A stretch of DNA of 32,000 bases from Cuniculiplasma divulgatum. Lineage in GTDB: Archaea; Thermoplasmatota; Thermoplasmata; Thermoplasmatales; Thermoplasmataceae. Of the stretch, positions 1 to 8,182 are shown one piece after another. Each line of letters starts with the position of its first letter. Within the stretch, counting starts at the first letter, position 1. Position numbers and translations under genes: made by a program. Under the pieces are notes generated by a model that saw only the letters and a program-made list of their open reading frames with translations, had not been told where the DNA came from and ran no database searches. Location: the NCBI RefSeq assembly GCF_900083515.1, contig NZ_LT671858.1, positions 900,001-932,000 of the forward strand, in the 5' to 3' direction.

Positions 1-387
1 CAGAGAAAAAAAGGTTTTACAATGATAATGATCACTCATGATTTATCTATCCTTTATGAAATATCCGACCAGCTTGGCATGATGTATGCAGGTGAATTAA
101 CCGAATATGGGGATAGGGAATCTATGATTAAGTCATCTGCTCATCCCTATAATTATCTTTTGTTGAAAAGCATTCCGAGAATAGGAGTTAGGAAATATGA
201 TGGAATAAGACTAACGGGGAACCCTTCGAACTATGATGAAAACTTCAAAGGATGTCAGTTTAGTACAAGGTGCCCTTATAAAACTTTTGAGTGTGAATTG
301 ACACACCCAGAGTTAAAGAAAGTTCCTAACGAGAATCATTACTATCGCTGTTTAAGATATCCAGACTGGGTTAGAGATGAAAAATAG
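1..387 (+). CDS. Opp/Dpp-type ABC transporter ATP-binding protein, C-terminal fragment (5' end outside window)
   Basis: Frame 1 is open from base 1 (QRKKGFTMIMITHDLS...). ITHDL H-loop region is followed by the oligopeptide/dipeptide ABC C-terminal domain pattern (HPYNYLLLKSIP ... GCQFSTRCPYKTFEC). Confidence 0.85.
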   Translation, partial: QRKKGFTMIMITHDLSILYEISDQLGMMYAGELTEYGDRESMIKSSAHPYNYLLLKSIPRIGVRKYDGIRLTGNPSNYDENFKGCQFSTRCPYKTFECELTHPELKKVPNENHYYRCLRYPDWVRDEK

Positions 388-430
388 TCAATTGTACATC
401 ATTCTAATTTTTAGTTAACATTCAACTATA

Positions 431-438
431 TTTATAAA
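431..438 (+). promoter_or_regulatory. Archaeal TATA-box candidate for the trmB-like gene
   Basis: TTTATAAA lies 21-28 nt upstream of the GTG start at 459. There is no Shine-Dalgarno motif, consistent with a leaderless transcript. Confidence 0.4.
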
Positions 439-458
439 CTGAAATAACATAAGATAAT

Positions 459-1475
459 GTGGAGGAAAAAATTTTTGAGGGATTATCCAAGTTTGGACTT
501 ACAGCCTATGAGATCAAAATCTATGAAGTTTTGATACTAAAGGGTCCATTGAATTCCACCAGTATTGTAAAGGAAACCGGTATACCTCAGCCCAGAGTTT
601 ATGACCTATTCAGTTCAATGGAGCGTAAGGGTTTCATTGAAAGTAGCTTTGGGAAAAGAAAAACGTACAAGGCAATACCTGTTTCAACCATTATGGAAAG
701 AGAAAAAAAGTGGCTAGACACCTATAGTTTCAATCTTGAACATTTTGTTCAGAATAAAAGGATATATAATCAGAATAACGGATCATTTCTTTCCCTTCTA
801 GAGGGAAATACACAGGTAACTGAAAAAATGGCATCACTTATTTCACACACTGAGGACGAACTAATTTTATCCACAAGCTATGAAAGATTCAAGGAACTTT
901 ACCCATATATTGAAAAACTGAGTTCTTCGAACGTTACTATGTGTATTATTATTTTCAAGGAGCAGAGACAGAGACTCACGGAAAAAATAGATGGTAATTG
1001 TTTTATTCGCACAATGTCAGGAAAACCGGTTGAAATTCTTATTTCGGATAGGAAATCCTGTACAATGAAAATAGAAACAAGAGAGAGGAAGGATGATTTA
1101 GCCCTATATTTTGAGGAGGACAACTTCATTCATGTAGTATCGTATTACTTTAATCAGTCATTGTGGAAATATGCAGATATATATACTGATCAGATCAACG
1201 ACAACTGTATCAGATTCAGAACCATATGGCTGGCTTGTGATATAATAGAATACTATCTTAACAACGGAGCAAAACTCAAATCTCATCTTGAATGTTATTA
1301 TAAGGACGATTACAGAGAAATTGATGGTGAAATAGTGAAAGTTGAAAAAATCCCATTTGTCAGGAACACTTTTTTTATAAGGTCAGGAAATGAAGAGTAC
1401 TCCGTTGGGGGCAAAACTTCCTCAATTGAGAAATTGAGAATGTTATTTCTCAAGATAAATCCTGAATTACTATAA
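459..1475 (+). CDS. TrmB-family sugar-responsive transcriptional regulator
   Basis: N-terminal winged HTH typical of TrmB (LTAYEIKIYEVLILKGPLNSTSIVKETGIPQPRVYDLFSSMERKGFIE). The 338-aa length matches two-domain TrmB. It sits between a sugar-type ABC ATPase and a GH1 glycosidase. GTG start. Confidence 0.85.
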   Translation: MEEKIFEGLSKFGLTAYEIKIYEVLILKGPLNSTSIVKETGIPQPRVYDLFSSMERKGFIESSFGKRKTYKAIPVSTIMEREKKWLDTYSFNLEHFVQNKRIYNQNNGSFLSLLEGNTQVTEKMASLISHTEDELILSTSYERFKELYPYIEKLSSSNVTMCIIIFKEQRQRLTEKIDGNCFIRTMSGKPVEILISDRKSCTMKIETRERKDDLALYFEEDNFIHVVSYYFNQSLWKYADIYTDQINDNCIRFRTIWLACDIIEYYLNNGAKLKSHLECYYKDDYREIDGEIVKVEKIPFVRNTFFIRSGNEEYSVGGKTSSIEKLRMLFLKINPELL

Positions 1476-1529
1476 GATAGAGTATAAGCTTTGAAAAAAC
1501 CTTAAAATAACAATAGAAAATTATAAAAA

Positions 1530-2984
1530 ATGTTTCCAAAAAATTTTAAGTTCGGTTTTTCAGAGGCTGGATTTCAGTTTGAAATGGGTGTCAGTGATAT
1601 TGATACCAACACTGATTGGTATAAATGGAGTCATGATTCAGAAAATATCAAGAATCACATTGTTTCTGGAGACAGGCCAGAAGAAGGTGTTGGATACTGG
1701 GACCTGTATCCCAAAGATCATGATCTTGCAGAATACATTGGAATGAATGCAGCTAGAATAGGTATAGAATGGTCAAGGATATTTCCCGTTTCTACCGAAC
1801 GTGTCACGGTTGAAGTAATAGAAGAAAATGGGGATATTCTTGAAATTAAAATAACCGAGAAAACCATAAAAGAACTGGACTTATTGAGTGATAAAAATGC
1901 AATGCAGCACTACACCAATATTTTTAATGATATAAAAAAGAGGGGATGGTTTCTTGTCATCAATCTCTTTCACTGGTCACTCCCACTATGGATAAATGAT
2001 CCCAGTAATCGAAATAGTGAGAAAGACAATGCCCTCGGAAACTGTATGAATCGTAGTTCTGTTATTGAATTTGTAAAATATGCAGCCTATATATCATATT
2101 ACTTTGGTTCCATAGCTGACAGATTTGCAACCATGAATGAACCAAATGAGGTATTTAAGACTTGCAGTGAGGATAAAAGAGTAGAGTCCTATCACATTAG
2201 AATGAAATGGTTTGTTGAGGCACACGCAAGATCATACGATGCAATGAAGCAGTTTACTAATAGACAGATCGGAGTGATATACGCGAATGGCGATGTACAA
2301 TCATTTGAAAACAAGGATCCAAAGTTAAAAGAGGAAGTGGAATATGAACAAAGATATTCATTCTTTGATGCCCTTATTCACGGTGATGTTCACTGGTATG
2401 TGGGTGCTTGCAGAAAAACAAATCATGTTCACGGGAAATCGATTAGGCCTGATTTGAGTAATAGAATAGACTGGATTGGGGTAAACTATTATAGCAGAAA
2501 TGTGGTTAAAAGAAAAGAGGATGGATATGAAAATGTTCGGGGTCTCGGATACGATACAGGATGGGTTTCATATGAGAAGTCTCTTGATGGTAGATCAGTA
2601 AGTGAAACAGGTTGGGAAATTTATCCAGAAGGAATATATAATATTGTTATGAGCTACCACAAGAGATATGAATTACCAATGATGATTACCGAAAATGGCA
2701 TGGCCGATGATAATGATCGATTCAGACCCAGATATCTGGTATCGCACCTTAAAAATCTGGAGAGGGCTATTAATGATGGAGCCAAAGTTGACGGTTATCT
2801 TCACTGGGCTCTTACTGATAACTTTGAATGGGGGAGTGGTTTTTCAAAGAAATTTGGGTTGATAAAAGTAGACTATAAAACCAAAAAACGATATTTAAGA
2901 CCCAGCGCACTCATTATGAAGGAAATTACAAAACACAATGGAATCCCGGAGGAACTTGAATGGTTAGGGGAGGATAAATTCTAA
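1530..2984 (+). CDS. Glycoside hydrolase family 1 beta-glycosidase (beta-glucosidase/galactosidase type)
   Basis: GH1 hallmarks are present: acid/base motif TMNEPNEV and nucleophile motif ITENGMAD. N-terminus FKFGFSEAGFQFE and C-terminal HWALTDNFEW also fit. 484 aa. Confidence 0.95.
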   Translation: MFPKNFKFGFSEAGFQFEMGVSDIDTNTDWYKWSHDSENIKNHIVSGDRPEEGVGYWDLYPKDHDLAEYIGMNAARIGIEWSRIFPVSTERVTVEVIEENGDILEIKITEKTIKELDLLSDKNAMQHYTNIFNDIKKRGWFLVINLFHWSLPLWINDPSNRNSEKDNALGNCMNRSSVIEFVKYAAYISYYFGSIADRFATMNEPNEVFKTCSEDKRVESYHIRMKWFVEAHARSYDAMKQFTNRQIGVIYANGDVQSFENKDPKLKEEVEYEQRYSFFDALIHGDVHWYVGACRKTNHVHGKSIRPDLSNRIDWIGVNYYSRNVVKRKEDGYENVRGLGYDTGWVSYEKSLDGRSVSETGWEIYPEGIYNIVMSYHKRYELPMMITENGMADDNDRFRPRYLVSHLKNLERAINDGAKVDGYLHWALTDNFEWGSGFSKKFGLIKVDYKTKKRYLRPSALIMKEITKHNGIPEELEWLGEDKF

Positions 2985-2987
2985 AAT

Positions 2988-3281
2988 TTAAGGTCCAAAA
3001 AGAAAACCTACACCGCTCTCTGCAGCCTCTTCCTCATCCTTTATTTTTTTATAGACAACAGAAGCGTCCTTTTCTGAAAGAGGTTTTACTTTGTTTTCAA
3101 GAAGACTATCGAGTCTTGAAAAAATTTCAGCCTGCCCTTCAACGACCAGAATTATCTTTTCATCATACCCCAGTGTCGATCCATCTTTCTGAACGATTGT
3201 CTGTCTGCCCATAATGTCATCTGACAATATCTTATCTATCAAAGATCTTTGATCCTTATTTAAGGCAAATATCTTGAACAT
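2988..3281 (-). CDS. Small acidic hypothetical protein with ribosomal-stalk-like C-terminal tail
   Basis: 97-aa ORF with coding-like composition. It ends ...KIKDEEEAAESGVGFLFGP, resembling the acidic-linker plus G-hydrophobic-LFG tail of archaeal stalk protein aP1. The N-terminal part is not P1-like. Confidence 0.6.
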   Translation of the reverse strand: MFKIFALNKDQRSLIDKILSDDIMGRQTIVQKDGSTLGYDEKIILVVEGQAEIFSRLDSLLENKVKPLSEKDASVVYKKIKDEEEAAESGVGFLFGP

Positions 3282-3365
3282 AAACCCTTATTTTCTTGGT
3301 GGCTTTAACGTTTTCCATTTAGGCTCGGAAAATGAATTGCAATAACAAAAATTTGGTAATATTAT

Positions 3366-3896
3366 TTACTCCATATGACCACAGCTTTCGTTATTGCACT
3401 TGAAGACTGTAATTTCACCCTTTGCATTGTACACTGGCTCCATAGTTCCTACCATACAAACAGGACATCTAAATTTGAACTTCCTGCTCCTGTGCGATAG
3501 TAGAACCTCAGAAACGCTTTGTACTGAAAGGTGTCTCGAGAGATCGGTTATTGTAATTATTCCCAACAATTTATCATTCCTGTCGAAAACAGCACATCTG
3601 CTTAGTCCGCTATTGGCAAGAAAACTTGCAACATCCTTAACATCATCATCTCCCATCACTCTTGGCAGCGGCGTTCTCATTACTGACTTAACAAGAACTT
3701 CAGATGCAGGCACATTTCTAAGGACAAATCTGTTAATTATGCTTCTTTCACTTATTATGCCAACATAATGATTATCACCATTGGTAACCAGAAGTCCATA
3801 TAGGCCATTTTCATTCATCATTTTGACAGCATCGAACACAGTAGCGTTCTGGTCTATTGTTTTGAAGTTTTTCTGTACTATATTTCCAACTTTCAT
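3366..3896 (-). CDS. CBS-domain pair protein with C-terminal zinc ribbon
   Basis: Two CBS repeats (VQKNFKTIDQNATVFDAVKMMNENGLYGLLV ... GIITITDLSRHL). The C-terminus has two Cys pairs, CPVC...CNNESC. Confidence 0.85.
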   Translation of the reverse strand: MKVGNIVQKNFKTIDQNATVFDAVKMMNENGLYGLLVTNGDNHYVGIISERSIINRFVLRNVPASEVLVKSVMRTPLPRVMGDDDVKDVASFLANSGLSRCAVFDRNDKLLGIITITDLSRHLSVQSVSEVLLSHRSRKFKFRCPVCMVGTMEPVYNAKGEITVFKCNNESCGHME

Positions 3897-3962
3897 GAAT
3901 AAGGATTTTAACTAATATTATAAAGACTATGAATGAAAATTGAACAATTTTAAATAAAATTT

Positions 3963-4292
3963 CTAAAAGCCCTTAACCTTTATTTTACGATTTAATGATT
4001 TATAAAGCCTAACTGTTTTTCTTCCCTTATCAACTGAATCAAGGAAAGTTTTATCAGCTGCAATATTCAATTTGATGTTATTATCTATTATAACCATTCC
4101 TTCTAAAGGAGAAACCGATATTTTTACATCAACCTCTTCTATTAACTGGCAAACTTCATCCTTACATGGTCCCTTCCTTTGTGTTACCTGTATGAGTATC
4201 CAGAAGTTACCTAAATCTCTCGAAATTGAATCTGGTATCATGAGTTTGCCCTTTCCAATTTTCACTTCATTCTCAACGTTCATTTTTAACAC
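3963..4292 (-). CDS. Hypothetical protein, possibly with an AbrB/SpoVT-like N-terminal segment
   Basis: 109-aa ORF 20 nt downstream of the cop regulator on the same strand. VKIGKGKLMIPDSISRDLG resembles a swapped-hairpin AbrB motif, but this is weak. Start could be Met4 (4283). Confidence 0.45.
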   Translation of the reverse strand: MLKMNVENEVKIGKGKLMIPDSISRDLGNFWILIQVTQRKGPCKDEVCQLIEEVDVKISVSPLEGMVIIDNNIKLNIAADKTFLDSVDKGRKTVRLYKSLNRKIKVKGF

Positions 4293-4312
4293 CTCAGAAA
4301 CTATTCTTCAAA

Positions 4313-4840
4313 TTACTGACTCTCGATCCTCAGCGTTTCTCTCTTTCTAAGGTCCTTCTCACAGTTAGGGCAACATGCATACATCGTTTTACCACCGAGT
4401 TCAAATACCACATTTGGTTTATCCATTATCTTTCCGCAGTAGTCACACTTCACATTCAAAACCCTACCAAGAGTATTATTCAGCCTCTTTTCCCTGGCAA
4501 ATTTGATATCAATAACATCAGCTACTTTTAATTTCGGAAGAGATTCATAATATACTACAACAAAGTAGGTTCCATCAAATAATTCAAATTGCTCCAAAAT
4601 TAATTCTTCATCTATATTTTCTAGGGTTTTAAGGTGAATTATTACAAGATTTTTTTGATCCTCCTCTGTAAATACTGTAAAATGAGTTATTTTTCCAGAA
4701 CTAATGAGGTTAGAAAGGGTTTTGCTTGCCGTGATTCTACTTATATTCAACTCATCAGCCAGTTCCAGTATACTGGCCCTTGAGTTTCTTCGTAGTATAT
4801 TTATCATTCTTTGCTCAATTTCCCTTGCATCTTTATTCAT
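4313..4840 (-). CDS. Lrp/AsnC-type HTH regulator fused to a C-terminal TRASH metal-binding domain (copper-responsive regulator type)
   Basis: N-terminal AsnC-type HTH (ILRRNSRASILELADELNISRITASKTLSNLISSGKI). C-terminal Cys cluster CDYCGK...YACCPNCEKD. Divergent from the TRASH chaperone and P-type ATPase genes. Confidence 0.85.
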   Translation of the reverse strand: MNKDAREIEQRMINILRRNSRASILELADELNISRITASKTLSNLISSGKITHFTVFTEEDQKNLVIIHLKTLENIDEELILEQFELFDGTYFVVVYYESLPKLKVADVIDIKFAREKRLNNTLGRVLNVKCDYCGKIMDKPNVVFELGGKTMYACCPNCEKDLRKRETLRIESQ

Positions 4841-4914
4841 ATTGTAAAATTACTAATGAATATTTAATCATTTTGTATAGAATAGCCTTTTAATAAGGGA
4901 AGTAATGAGTACGA

Positions 4915-5055
4915 ATGGCAATAGATGTCATTTGTGGAATGAAAGTAAAAGAAGACACCAAATTTGTTAGCGAGTTTCAGGGAAAGAAATTCTATTTTTG
5001 CAGCGAAAGTTGTAAAAAAGAGTTTGATAAGAATCCTTTAAAACATAGCAGATAG
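4915..5055 (+). CDS. 46-aa TRASH/YHS-domain metallochaperone (not in supplied ORF track)
   Basis: Hand translation gives MAIDVICGMKVKEDTKFVSEFQGKKFYFCSESCKKEFDKNPLKHSR, stop TAG at 5053-5055. It shows the CGM...YFCSxxC TRASH signature. It ends 10 nt upstream of the ATPase, and a TATA-like TTTTAATAA lies about 23 nt upstream. Confidence 0.8.
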   Translation: MAIDVICGMKVKEDTKFVSEFQGKKFYFCSESCKKEFDKNPLKHSR

Positions 5056-5065
5056 GCGATAAGAT

Positions 5066-7135
5066 ATGCCAACAGATCCTGTCTGCGGTATGTTTGTATC
5101 GGAGGACAGTGAACTTTATACAGACATTGACGGTAAAAGATATTATTTCTGTTCAAAATCATGTATGGATAGATTCAAGTCCCCAGAAATAGAAGCTCGT
5201 AAATTGAAACGTAAACTTACTGTTGGTTGGGTTTTTTCCATCATAATTATGTCAATGATGTATTTCACTTCAAACTTTCAATACAAGGATTATATCCTCT
5301 TATTATTTGCAATACCAGTTCAGTTCTATTCTGGATTGAATTTCTATTCTGGTGCAGCTCAATCAATAAAAAACAAGAGCAGCAATATGGACCTCCTGAT
5401 AGCAATTGGAACATTGACCGCATTCTTTTTCTCTCTATTTGTAACAATATTTCCTGATGCTATTCATGGAGCATCCGTTTATTACGATGCTTCGTCATTT
5501 ATAATTACACTTATTCTCACGGGAACATTTATAGAAAATCTGTCAAAGAGGAGAGCAAATGGATCCGCCGTTAAACTTCTGGAATTGATGCCAGACAGGG
5601 TTCATGTAATAATCAATGATAAGGAAGTTGAAAAGCACAGAAATGAAGTAGATGTTGGGGAATTAATCCTTGTAAAGCCTGGAGAGATAATCCCTGTTGA
5701 TGGGGTAGTTCGTTCTGGAGCATCAGAAATAGACCAGAGTATGATTACAGGAGAACAGGACCCTGTGCTTGTTTCAAAGGATAGCAACATTTTCTCAGGG
5801 TCAAGAAACCTTAATGGAGCACTTCAAGTTGAAGTTTTAAAGAAATCTTCAGATAGTACCGTTAATAGAATATACGACCTCATTCAGGGTGCAATTTCAG
5901 GCAGGGTAAAGATTCAGAAGGTAGCAGATACATTTGCATCTGTGTTCGTACCGGTTGTTCTTTCAGTTGGAGCTGCATCAGGCTTATTCTGGTATTTCTA
6001 TCTTTCAAGTGTCTCCAATGGCCTCGATATTGAGATAGCTATTCTCGCATTCGTTTCAGTTGTTGTTATAGCATGTCCCTGTGCAATAGGCCTGGCCGGT
6101 CCAATTACATTACTCATATCATCTTCCGTATCGTCACAGAACGGAATAGTGGTTAAGAACCCCAGTTCAATTGAGAGGATGTCGAAGGCAACAACTGTTC
6201 TATTTGATAAGACTGGCACACTCACAGAATCGCAACCTGAGATTCTGGGAATTGAACCACAATTATCAGTTGATTCATCTGAACTTATTTCCATCGCAGC
6301 ATCCATGGAAAGATTTTCAACCCATCCAGTTGGAAAGGCGATCTATTCCTATGCGGTTAGGGAAAATATTCCCTTACAAGAAGTACATGATTTTATGGAA
6401 ACTCCTGGAACTGGCGTTGAAGGTACAATTAATGGTATAAAGGTTAAGGTCCAGAGGTCTAAAGACTCAGGTATTTCGTCGGTTTTAGTAAAACGTGGTG
6501 ATGAGGAAATAGGCAATATAAAATTATCCTATTCAATTAGAAAGACTGCAAAACAGGCAGTAAGCGATTTAAAAGGTCTCGGCCTTAAAGTAGGAATGGT
6601 TACCGGTGATTCCGTAAATGAGGCAAAGCGTGTTGGAAGCCTACTTGGTTTGGATCTAATACATGCAGAGCTTAAACCAGACGAAAAGTCAAAGGTTATA
6701 TCTGAATATCAGGAGAGAGGAGAATATGTAGTCTTTGTTGGGGATGGAATAAACGATTCTATTGCCCTGGAGACAGCAGATGCGGGCTTTGCCATGTCAA
6801 CTGGAAGTGATATTGCAAAGGATACAGGAGATATAATTTTAATAAACGATGATCTGACAAATGTTCCAGCCTCAATTGTGATCTCAAGGGATACAGTATC
6901 CAAGGTCAGACAAAACATAGGCTGGGCAATTGGATACAACACAGTATTAATTCCCGTAGCCGCTGGAGTTCTAGTTCCCTTTTTTTCCCTTTCGATATAT
7001 TCTTTCTTACCAATACTCAGTGCACTGGCCATGGGTCTTAGCTCCACTTCAGTAGTTATGAATTCTCTTCTCTTAAAAGGGAAAATCGGAAAGGACCTCA
7101 ATGCTAAGCTACAAAAAAAGCTACCAGAGGTTTGA
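5066..7135 (+). CDS. copA: Copper-translocating P1B-type ATPase with N-terminal TRASH domain
   Basis: N-terminus DPVCGMFV...YYFCSKSCMDRF (TRASH). Also TGEQDP actuator motif, CPCAIGLAGP transmembrane metal site, DKTGTLT phosphorylation site, THPVGKAI and VGDGINDS hinge. Confidence 0.95.
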   Translation: MPTDPVCGMFVSEDSELYTDIDGKRYYFCSKSCMDRFKSPEIEARKLKRKLTVGWVFSIIIMSMMYFTSNFQYKDYILLLFAIPVQFYSGLNFYSGAAQSIKNKSSNMDLLIAIGTLTAFFFSLFVTIFPDAIHGASVYYDASSFIITLILTGTFIENLSKRRANGSAVKLLELMPDRVHVIINDKEVEKHRNEVDVGELILVKPGEIIPVDGVVRSGASEIDQSMITGEQDPVLVSKDSNIFSGSRNLNGALQVEVLKKSSDSTVNRIYDLIQGAISGRVKIQKVADTFASVFVPVVLSVGAASGLFWYFYLSSVSNGLDIEIAILAFVSVVVIACPCAIGLAGPITLLISSSVSSQNGIVVKNPSSIERMSKATTVLFDKTGTLTESQPEILGIEPQLSVDSSELISIAASMERFSTHPVGKAIYSYAVRENIPLQEVHDFMETPGTGVEGTINGIKVKVQRSKDSGISSVLVKRGDEEIGNIKLSYSIRKTAKQAVSDLKGLGLKVGMVTGDSVNEAKRVGSLLGLDLIHAELKPDEKSKVISEYQERGEYVVFVGDGINDSIALETADAGFAMSTGSDIAKDTGDIILINDDLTNVPASIVISRDTVSKVRQNIGWAIGYNTVLIPVAAGVLVPFFSLSIYSFLPILSALAMGLSSTSVVMNSLLLKGKIGKDLNAKLQKKLPEV

Positions 7136-7190
7136 AAAAATTCATTATATAGAATGATAATATTTTTAATCTTTAACATATTGGTTCATA

Positions 7191-8159
7191 ATGACTATGA
7201 AAGTCGTTGAAGATGAAATTGAGGCAGTTTCACTTAAAAACAATTATCTCAATGATCCCTGGAAGAGAAAGATCACAATAATAGAGCACAATGTAAATGA
7301 TACCACACCCATACTCATAGGTCTTGCGGGATTTTATGGTTCATCCTCAAGCTTTTTTAACCGAAGTTTTACATCTATAGATTTCATGGGCGTGTTAAAT
7401 AAGATCATTAATCACGATAGAGTTAATTCATTTATAATAGCCTTGCCTGATTCGATGACATCACTTGGTGGAAATCAGTATCTTAATTCTATTGCCGTTG
7501 GTAATTATGAGGATTATATAGTTAATGATGTAATGGGATATCTCGAAACCAGGTATGGAATAAGGAATACGGGCCTTTTTGGGAAGTCCTCTGGAGGCTT
7601 TGGTGCGTACAATCTCACCATAAGGAATCCTGAAAAATTTCAGGGTTTTATCGATGTATCCGGTGATTGCGGATTTGAATATTCATATATAAGAGATTTT
7701 CCAGATGCGATCAGGATGATCAGAAACAATGGGCTCTCTGAAATAATCAGGCAATTCAAGGAAAAGGACTTTCACACTATGGCAGAACTAAATACCATGA
7801 ATATTATAGCAATGGCTGCGTTTTATTCTCCAGATAACGGAGAGGAAAGAAAAATTTCATTGCCCTTTAATGTGAATACTGGTGAGATTAAGAGTAATAT
7901 ATGGTTTAGGTGGAAAGCTTATGATCCTTTAGTAAACGTTTATGACCATTTTGAGAAACTGAGGGAGAAAAAGATAATCCTGCAAACTGGAAAAAATGAT
8001 GAATTCTCTCTTAATTTAGGTATTGAGGGATTGAGCAAGATTCTGTTAATGCATTCAGTAGATCATGTTAGTCAAACATATGAGGGCGGTCATTTTGGTA
8101 TTGATTACCTATACCTGGATTCAATTCCAGAGCTAATAAGTTATTTAAGGGAATTTTAA
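7191..8159 (+). CDS. Alpha/beta hydrolase, esterase D / putative-esterase family
   Basis: Nucleophile elbow GKSSGGFGA after a beta strand (NTGLF). Overall length and the late GGHFG motif are typical of PF00756-like esterases. Confidence 0.7.
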   Translation: MTMKVVEDEIEAVSLKNNYLNDPWKRKITIIEHNVNDTTPILIGLAGFYGSSSSFFNRSFTSIDFMGVLNKIINHDRVNSFIIALPDSMTSLGGNQYLNSIAVGNYEDYIVNDVMGYLETRYGIRNTGLFGKSSGGFGAYNLTIRNPEKFQGFIDVSGDCGFEYSYIRDFPDAIRMIRNNGLSEIIRQFKEKDFHTMAELNTMNIIAMAAFYSPDNGEERKISLPFNVNTGEIKSNIWFRWKAYDPLVNVYDHFEKLREKKIILQTGKNDEFSLNLGIEGLSKILLMHSVDHVSQTYEGGHFGIDYLYLDSIPELISYLREF

Positions 8160-8182
8160 AAATAATAGTAAGGAGGTTTTTC

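Noticed and set aside
3394-3768. Long antisense ORFs in the six-frame track. These are 3394-3768, 4072-4350, 5998-6306, 6709-7179, 8661-8933, 9179-9577, 10268-10675, 12865-13329, 22980-23162, 23184-23390 and others.
   Set aside because: Each lies fully inside, and opposite to or out of frame with, an ORF carrying strong family motifs (CBS, CopA, MFS, O-methyltransferase, Nramp). Their translations are low-complexity S/L/I/F-rich strings with no motifs. They are typical shadow ORFs of AT-rich genomes.
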